From assembly GCA_022710725.1 (NCBI GenBank), contig JAKLGK010000005.1:156347-220346 (forward strand): a DNA stretch of 64,000 nucleotides, in the 5' to 3' direction. This document shows positions 56,962 through 64,000 of the stretch, one piece after another (the stretch's first letter is position 1; each line of letters begins with the position of its first letter). The translations under genes and the position numbers were made by a program. Under the pieces are notes generated by a model. It ran no database searches. It saw only the letters and a program-made list of their open reading frames with translations, and had not been told where the DNA came from. This DNA is from Verrucomicrobiota bacterium. Its GTDB lineage: Bacteria > Verrucomicrobiota > Kiritimatiellia > CAIQIC01 > JAGNIJ01.

Positions 56962-57699
56962 TCCTGCTTCCCGGCGCTGTTTCGCATGCGCCAACGCCAG
57001 CAAGGCCAGGCAGGCTGTGTCCGTGCGCAGCGGACGCGTGCCCATGGATACGGGAAGAAAACCGTGGGCGGTCAGCAACTCCTCCTCGTACGGGATCCAT
57101 CCGCCCTCGGGGCCGACGGCGAGCAGCACCCTGCCGGACCGCGCCGCCGGGACTGCGTCCAGGACGGATGATCCCTCGCCGGGCCGCGCGAGCAGGCGCA
57201 AGCCGTCCGGGAATAAGCCGTCTAACTCGTCTTCGATCAGGATCTTGAACTGCTTGAACACGTGGACGTCCGGCAGCCGCGTGTCGCCGGCCTGCTGGAG
57301 TCCCTCGATGAGCGGGGGGCGGTACCCCTCGGGCCGGAGGACGTGCGAGTCGAAGTACATCTTCTCGACCTTCCACGCGTTGGTCAGGATGATCCGGCCG
57401 ACGCCCATCGCCGCCAGTTGCGCCCACAGCCGCCGCATGACTTTCGGCCGGGGCAGGGCGAGCAGCAGGTCCACTCGCGGCGGCGGCGGCGCGGGTTCGT
57501 CGAACCGGCAGTCCAGCTCGACGGCGCCTTTTTCGATCGCGATTACGGCGGCCCGGCCCCGGTTGCCGTTGAGCAGGCCGACGCGAATCTCGTCGCCCAG
57601 CCGCGCCTTGAGGACGGCGGTAATGTGTTCGGCGCGCGCGTCCGAAAGATGGACCCGGTCGCCGCGCAGTTCCGGGGATTCGATGAGGATGAGATTCAT
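56947..57699 (-). CDS. rsmE: 16S rRNA (uracil1498-N3)-methyltransferase RsmE
   Basis: The start MNLILIE was derived inside the longer track ORF. It has the PUA-like N-terminus and the SPOUT motifs (LLLALPRPK, LAVGPEGGW). Confidence 0.8.
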   Translation of the reverse strand: MNLILIESPELRGDRVHLSDARAEHITAVLKARLGDEIRVGLLNGNRGRAAVIAIEKGAVELDCRFDEPAPPPPRVDLLLALPRPKVMRRLWAQLAAMGVGRIILTNAWKVEKMYFDSHVLRPEGYRPPLIEGLQQAGDTRLPDVHVFKQFKILIEDELDGLFPDGLRLLARPGEGSSVLDAVPAARSGRVLLAVGPEGGWIPYEEELLTAHGFLPVSMGTRPLRTDTACLALLALAHAKQRREAGYHSL

Positions 57700-58544
57700 G
57701 TCGGCCGGGACGGCAGGTCTTCGTTCAGGCTTCCGGTCCGGTAACCCTGCAGGTCGAGCGCCACGAAGCGGAATCCCGCGGCCTTTACGCGCCGCGCGAT
57801 CTCCGAGCGCAAGGGCTCGCGGGCCGCGCGCTCGATGTCGCCGGGCGCCAGCTCGATCCGCGCAAACTTCCCGTGCGCGCGCACGCGCACCACGTTGAAC
57901 CCGAGTTCGTGAAGCGCGCCCTCCGCCCGCTCTACGGTGGATAGTATCTCCCTGGTGATAGCTGTTCCGTACGGGACCCGCGAGGCGAGGCATGCCGAGG
58001 CGGGCTTATCCGCCGTCGGCAGGCCCAGCAGGCGCGAGGCCTGCCGGATGTCCGCCTTGCTCCAGCCGGTCTCCAGCAGGGGGCTGCGGACCTTCAGGTT
58101 CCCGGCTGCCGCGCGGCCCGGCCGGTAATCGCCGAGGTCGTCCGTGTTCACCCCGTCCACGACCGCCCTCCTCTCATTTTCCTTCGCCAGGTGGCCGAGC
58201 AGCGTGAACAGCTCGGTCTTGCAGTGGAAGCAGCGGTCCGGGGCGTTTTTCAGGTAGGCCGGGTTGTCCATTTCCCGTGTCGTGATGACGCGGTGGCGGA
58301 TCCCGATCCGCGCGGCCAGTTCGCGCGCCGCCTCGAGTTCCTTCCGCGGCAGCGAAGGGGAGTCCGCCGTCACCGCTTCCGCCTGTTCGCCCAGCACGCC
58401 GTGCGCCGCGGCGGCGAGAAAGGCGCTGTCCGTACCGCCGCTGTACGCGACGACGACAGAGCCCATGTCCCGGAGCGCGCGCTCCAGCTCCGCGGCCTTC
58501 CCGGCAAGTTCCGCAGGCCATGCCATATTTGTCCACGACGTCAT
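57696..58544 (-). CDS. LarE-family PP-loop ATP pyrophosphatase (putative sulfur transferase)
   Basis: It has the PP-loop VVAYSGGTDSA, the conserved PASACLASR Cys motif, and a CFHCK motif. Confidence 0.7.
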   Translation of the reverse strand: MTSWTNMAWPAELAGKAAELERALRDMGSVVVAYSGGTDSAFLAAAAHGVLGEQAEAVTADSPSLPRKELEAARELAARIGIRHRVITTREMDNPAYLKNAPDRCFHCKTELFTLLGHLAKENERRAVVDGVNTDDLGDYRPGRAAAGNLKVRSPLLETGWSKADIRQASRLLGLPTADKPASACLASRVPYGTAITREILSTVERAEGALHELGFNVVRVRAHGKFARIELAPGDIERAAREPLRSEIARRVKAAGFRFVALDLQGYRTGSLNEDLPSRPT

Positions 58545-59614
58545 GGAGTCCTTTCCGCGACGATCCAGCCGCCGCCCAGCACGTCGTCCCCGTCGTAAAA
58601 CACCGCGGCCTGGCCGGGCGTGACGGCGAACTGCGGTTCGGTGAAGTCCACCTGCGCGCCGCCGTCGCCGGTCGGCCGGACCGTCGCCCGCGCGCCCGCG
58701 TGGCGGTAGCGGAGTTGCACGGCGCACTCGATCGGTCCGCGCGGCGCTTCCCGGATCCAGTGGACGTCGGCAAGGCGGCAGCCGGGAGCCAGCGTTTCCC
58801 CGAGCGGGGCGACGACGACCGTGTTCGTGTCGGCGTGGAGTTCCTTGACGTAGAGCCGCTGCGCGGCGGCGACGCCCAGCCCTTCGCGCTGGCCGATGGT
58901 GAAGTGATAATAACCTTCGTGACGGCCCAGGACGCGCCCGGCCGTGTCCACGATCGGGCCGGGCTGATGGAGATTCGGGCGCTGCTTTTCGATGAACTCG
59001 GCGTAGCCATCGGCGTTCACGAAGCAGAGGTCCTGGCTTTCGGAATCGTGGATCACGGGCAGATTCTTTGCGCGCGCGAGGTCGGCGACTTCCGGCTTGG
59101 TCAGGTCGCCGAGCGGGAACAGGACATGCGCCAACTGGCTCTGGTCCAGGCGGTGGAGAAAATAGGACTGGTCCTTCCGCCGGTCGCGCCCGCGGGAGAG
59201 GTGCCATCCATCCTCCCGGCGGGCCAGGCGCGCGTAGTGGCCGGTGGCGAGGTGGGTGCAGCCGAGGGCCAGCGCCTCCCGCAGGAGCAGGCCGAACTTG
59301 ACCACCTCGTTGCAGCGGACGCAGGGGGAGGGCGTGCGGCCCTCGGCGTATTCCTGCACGAAAGGCGCGACGATGCGTTCGCCGAAGAAGCCGAGGGCAT
59401 TCACGAGGTAGTGGGGGATGTCGAGGAACTCCGCGACCTGCCGCGCCCGGCGGGCGTCGTCGAGCGAGCAGCAGCGGGAGCCCTCGCGCCACAGGTGGGC
59501 GGTCAGGCCGATTACTTCGTGACCCTGCTCGGCCAGCAGGGCCGCCGTGACGGAGCTGTCCAGCCCGCCGCTCATGCCGACGGCAACCCGGAGTCTGGAA
59601 GGGGCGGACATCAT
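58541..59614 (-). CDS. mnmA: tRNA-specific 2-thiouridylase MnmA
   Basis: It has the PP-loop VAVGMSGGLDSS, and the catalytic cysteines lie in SPCVRCN and DLCF. Confidence 0.85.
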   Translation of the reverse strand: MMSAPSRLRVAVGMSGGLDSSVTAALLAEQGHEVIGLTAHLWREGSRCCSLDDARRARQVAEFLDIPHYLVNALGFFGERIVAPFVQEYAEGRTPSPCVRCNEVVKFGLLLREALALGCTHLATGHYARLARREDGWHLSRGRDRRKDQSYFLHRLDQSQLAHVLFPLGDLTKPEVADLARAKNLPVIHDSESQDLCFVNADGYAEFIEKQRPNLHQPGPIVDTAGRVLGRHEGYYHFTIGQREGLGVAAAQRLYVKELHADTNTVVVAPLGETLAPGCRLADVHWIREAPRGPIECAVQLRYRHAGARATVRPTGDGGAQVDFTEPQFAVTPGQAAVFYDGDDVLGGGWIVAERTP

Positions 59615-59670
59615 GACATCTGTATCAAGATTGCCCACCGGCGGGGTCTTGGCAAGCTTTCGGCGGCCGT

Positions 59671-60819
59671 TTAGAAGGAGCCGGTTCCCAGCGCCTGCCG
59701 CAGGTCGGCCTCGAGGTCGTCGGCGTGTTCGAGGCCGACGGACAGGCGGACCAGGCCGTCGCCGATCCCGCGCCGACGACGTTCGGCAGGCGGAATGGAA
59801 CTGTGCGTCATCTTCGGGGGATAACACACCAGCGACTCCACGCCGCCGAGGCTTTCCGCGAGGATGAAGAGCTGGAGCCCGGCCGTGAATTTCTCGACGG
59901 CCGGGAAGCCGCCCTTCAGGTCCAGGCTGATCATGCCGCCGAACCCGGACATCTGTTGTTTGGCCAACTCGTGTTGCGGATGCGCCGGGAGCCCGGGGTA
60001 GTACACGCGCTCGACGGCGGGGTGGCCTTGGAGGAAGCGGGCCAGGCGCAGGGCATTCTGCTCGTGGGCCCGCATGCGGAGCGCGAGCGTCTTGAGGCCG
60101 CGCAGCACGAGCCAGCAATCCCACGGGCCGGGCACGGCGCCGGTGGCGTTCTGGTAGGTCTTGAGATCCTGGTGCAACGCATCATCTGAAACGATCACCG
60201 CGCCGCCGATCACGTCGCTGTGGCCGCCGAGGTACTTCGTGGTGCTGTGGACCACGATATCCGCGCCGAGTTCGAGCGGGCGCTGGAAGTAGGGGCTGGC
60301 GAACGTGTTGTCCACGGCGACCCAGGCCTTGCGCGCGCGGGCGATTTCCGCCAGCGCTTGAAGGTCGGCCAGCCGCAGCAGGGGATTCGTCGGGGTTTCC
60401 AGCCAGAGCAGCCGCGTGCGCTCCGTGAAGGCCGCGGCGACCTGCGCCGGGTCCGCCGCATTGGCGTAGGTGGTTTTCACGCCCCAGCGCCCGAAGTATT
60501 TTTCGAGCAGGCGGTACGTCCCCCCGTAAAGATCTTCGCCGGCGACGACGTGGTCGCCGGGCCCGAGCAGGTTCAGCACGGCGGTGGTCGCCGCGACGCC
60601 GGACGCGAAGGCCAGCCCGTGCCTCCCGCTTTCCAGCGAGGCGAGGGCTGCCTCCAGCGCGGCGCGCGTGGGATTGCCCGAGCGCGAGTACTCGAACGCG
60701 CGGGGCCGGCCGATGCCGTCCTGCTGAAAGGTGGAGGTCTGGTAGACGGGGGTCATCACCGCGCCCGTGACGGGGTCGGGCGGCTGGCCGTCGTGAATGG
60801 CGCGGGTCTCAAATCGCAT
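59671..60819 (-). CDS. Cys/Met-metabolism PLP enzyme (cystathionine gamma-synthase / beta-lyase / gamma-lyase family)
   Basis: It has the PLP lysine motif VVHSTTKYLGGHSD and the fold-type I trans-sulfuration architecture. Confidence 0.8.
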   Translation of the reverse strand: MRFETRAIHDGQPPDPVTGAVMTPVYQTSTFQQDGIGRPRAFEYSRSGNPTRAALEAALASLESGRHGLAFASGVAATTAVLNLLGPGDHVVAGEDLYGGTYRLLEKYFGRWGVKTTYANAADPAQVAAAFTERTRLLWLETPTNPLLRLADLQALAEIARARKAWVAVDNTFASPYFQRPLELGADIVVHSTTKYLGGHSDVIGGAVIVSDDALHQDLKTYQNATGAVPGPWDCWLVLRGLKTLALRMRAHEQNALRLARFLQGHPAVERVYYPGLPAHPQHELAKQQMSGFGGMISLDLKGGFPAVEKFTAGLQLFILAESLGGVESLVCYPPKMTHSSIPPAERRRRGIGDGLVRLSVGLEHADDLEADLRQALGTGSF

Positions 60820-61609
60820 AGGAACTGCTCCTGGGTTGATCGGCTTCGGCGCCTCGGGGCGCGGTCCACGAGGAAATCAGGTCGGCCCGGGTCACGACGC
60901 CCGTGGGGCGCCCGTCGCGGGTTGCGACAATGCCGGGCGCGCCGCCGAGCAGGATCCGGTAGGCCTCGGAGATTTCGGCCTTCTCGTCCAGCGAGGGCAG
61001 GGGCCTGGCCATGACCGCGGAGATCTCCTGGTTGGCGAGGTCCAGCCCGTCGTGCAGCAGCTTCATGACCGTGCCCTCGCTCAAGCTGCCGACCACGCGG
61101 GCGTCTTCGATCACAGGGATCTGCGAAATGTTGTACGCCTGCATCAGGTTCACGGCGTGCCGCAGCTTGTCGCGGGGCGACACGCTGATCAGGGCGCGGA
61201 GGTTCAGCTTGGCGCCCAGGACCCGACCGACGGTGACCGACGACCGAGCGCGGTCCTCCCAGAACCCGTTTTCCTGCATCCACCCGTCGTGGTAGATCTT
61301 GGTCATGTAATTCCGGCCCGTGTCCGGCATGACCACGATGAGCCGGTATCCCTTGACCGCCGCGGCCAGCGCGAGGCCCGCCCCGGTGTTGCCCGCGGTG
61401 GCCTCGACGATCGTGCCGCCCGGCGGCAGCAGGCCTTCGCGCTCCGCCGCCTCGATCATGGCGACGGCAATTCGGTCCTTGATGCTGCCGCCGGGATTGA
61501 GGAATTCCGCCTTGATGTAGATGGGCGAGGCGACACCCGCCGCAACCCGGTTCAGCCGGATCAGCGGCGTTCGCCCGATGGCCTGAAGGATGTTGCCGTA
61601 GGAGGCCAT
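60809..61609 (-). pseudogene. Cystathionine beta-synthase / cysteine synthase-like gene with a roughly 200-aa in-frame internal deletion of the PLP core, retaining the tandem CBS domains
   Basis: The first roughly 105 aa match the CysK/CBS N-terminus, including the PLP Lys (NPGGSIKDRIA). The sequence then jumps at IVVMPDTG|RNYMTKIYHDGWMQENGF to the C-terminal MPDTGERYLS-type motif and the CBS pair. The reading frame is intact. Confidence 0.5.
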
Positions 61610-61632
61610 GCCCGTAGTCCTTGCCGAACCCC

Positions 61633-61662
61633 ATGTATCACAGTTTATAAACTGTGATACAT
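61633..61662. repeat. Palindromic element, copy 2: ATGTATCACAGTTTATAAACTGTGATACAT (30-bp perfect palindrome)
   Basis: It lies in the 74-nt gap between the metY stop (61684) and the start of the CBS-like gene (61609), roughly 24 nt upstream of that start codon. Confidence 0.7.
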
Positions 61663-61683
61663 GGCCCCGACGCCGGCCCGACG

Positions 61684-63128
<1,445 letters not shown>

Positions 63129-63204
63129 TGGTGGCGGGGACCGGGATCGAACCGGTGACCTTAGGCTTATGAGTCCTCTGCTCTGCCAACTGAGCTACCC
63201 CGCC
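63129..63204 (-). tRNA. tRNA with a CAT anticodon (Met or Ile2)
   Basis: The reverse complement GGCGGGGTAGCTCAGTTGGCAGAGCAGAGGACTCATAAGCCTAAGGTCACCGGTTCGATCCCGGTCCCCGCCACCA has perfect acceptor, D and T arms. The anticodon loop is CTCATAA and the anticodon stem is imperfect. CCA is encoded. Confidence 0.75.
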
Positions 63205-63262
63205 GACCATGCCACGTTAACCTACTTTACTACCGGCGGCCCTGTCAATATGCTCCCACGGC

Positions 63263-64000
63263 ATGCGTCGCCATGCATGGCTGATTCCAGCGATCGGACT
63301 GCTCCTCTCGGCTTGCCGCCGGCGCGAATCCGTCCCGCCCGCCCCGTCTCCGATCCTCCCGTTCGACGGCGCGGCGGCGTTCGACGAGGTCCGCCGCTTC
63401 GTCGCGATCCGCCCGCGCGATGCCGCCACGCCCGGCGCGGAGCGCGCGGCCCTCTACCTGCGCGACCGCCTGCGGGAACTCGGGGTCGAGGCCGAGGTGG
63501 ATGCCTTCGCGGACCTCTGTCCCGTCGGCACGGCGACGTTCCGGAACGTCATCGGCCGGATCCCCGGACAGGGGAAAGGACTCGTCATCCTCGGCAGCCA
63601 CTACGACACGCAGGCCGGCATCGGCGCGGAGTTCGAGGGGGCGAACGACGGGGGCTCGAGCACGGGCGTCCTGCTGGAACTCGCCCGTTGCCTGGCGGCG
63701 GGGCCGGCTCGATCCTGGGAGACGTGGCTGGTCTTCTTCGACGGCGAGGAGGCCATGCGGCGCTACGGGCCGGCCGACGGCCTCCACGGGAGCCGGCACA
63801 TGGCGCGTCAGCTCGCAGAATCCGGCCGCGCCGCGGACGTGAAGGCCGTGATCGTGCTGGACATGATCGGCGACCGCGACCTGACCGTGACGGTGCCCCG
63901 CAACGGCGCCTCCTGGCTGATCAGCGAGGTGTTCGAGTCGGCGCGGCTGGAGGGCGCGCGCGACAAGTTCTCGCTTTATCCCTACGAAATCGGCGATGAC
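63263..64000 (+). CDS. M28-family metallo-aminopeptidase, lipoprotein (5' part; continues past the window end)
   Basis: I translated this frame by hand because it is absent from the ORF track, presumably for lack of a stop. It reads MRRHAWLIPAIGLLLSAC (a lipobox) and continues to ...ILGSHYDT...NDGGSSTGVLLELAR...LVFFDGEE, the M28 metal-binding motifs. Confidence 0.7.
   Translation, partial: MRRHAWLIPAIGLLLSACRRRESVPPAPSPILPFDGAAAFDEVRRFVAIRPRDAATPGAERAALYLRDRLRELGVEAEVDAFADLCPVGTATFRNVIGRIPGQGKGLVILGSHYDTQAGIGAEFEGANDGGSSTGVLLELARCLAAGPARSWETWLVFFDGEEAMRRYGPADGLHGSRHMARQLAESGRAADVKAVIVLDMIGDRDLTVTVPRNGASWLISEVFESARLEGARDKFSLYPYEIGDD

Overview
This is a high-GC (about 65-70%) bacterial window, probably from a PVC-group or soil organism, dominated by cell-surface glycan biosynthesis.

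Layout:
- Plus strand, 87 to about 30.9 kb: one tightly coupled run of about 25 genes with overlapping stop/start codons, ending in a clear rho-independent terminator.
  - It encodes a WbpB/WbpD/WbpE/WbpI-type UDP-2,3-diacetamido-2,3-dideoxy-uronic acid pathway, with the WbpB and WbpD functions fused into one ORF.
  - It carries an acetamidino/amidotransferase module (WbpG/PseA-like PP-loop enzyme with HisH and HisF paralogs) and an AsnB-like amidotransferase.
  - It carries a second DegT/SDR/methyltransferase set, Wzx, a Wzy-like membrane protein, two GT4 glycosyltransferases, a CapK-like adenylating enzyme, a DUF362 protein, a bi-domain oxidoreductase and a heparinase II/III-like protein.
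  - A phosphonate cassette is appended: two Thr-for-Cys sulfatase-fold proteins, a TagD-like cytidylyltransferase fused to PEP mutase, phosphonopyruvate decarboxylase and an Fe-alcohol dehydrogenase (2-hydroxyethylphosphonate branch).
- 31-46 kb: secreted metallophosphoesterase/FN3/LamG protein, a LamG/Kelch lectin-like protein, an O-antigen-ligase-like membrane protein, an acyltransferase-3, and two tandem paralogous giant secreted proteins sharing an uncharacterised N-terminal domain.
- 46.5-52.8 kb: priming polyprenyl-phosphate sugar transferase, exosortase (EpsH, CSGLRS motif), EpsI, and a DUF2723/TPR membrane protein.
- After 52.9 kb: a phosphoglycerate-mutase-like metalloenzyme, tRNA-Ser(CGA) followed by a GIY-YIG gene and a duplicated tRNA 3' end, a GH31 glycosidase, a minus-strand block (rsmE, larE-like, mnmA, metB-like, an internally deleted CBS-type gene, metY) bracketed by two copies of a 27-30 bp perfect palindrome, a tRNA(CAT), and the 5' part of a lipoprotein M28 peptidase.

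Other repeats: a low-GC four-helix-bundle (23S-IVS-type) gene inside inverted octamer-repeat arrays, a 34-bp and a 30-bp perfect palindrome, and a clear intrinsic terminator.

No CRISPR, rRNA or transposase was seen. All function calls come from motif and family recognition by eye, with no database search. Coordinates taken directly from the ORF track are exact; gene starts I re-derived inside longer track ORFs and the coordinates of non-ORF features (tRNAs, repeats, palindromes, terminator) may be off by 1-2 nt.
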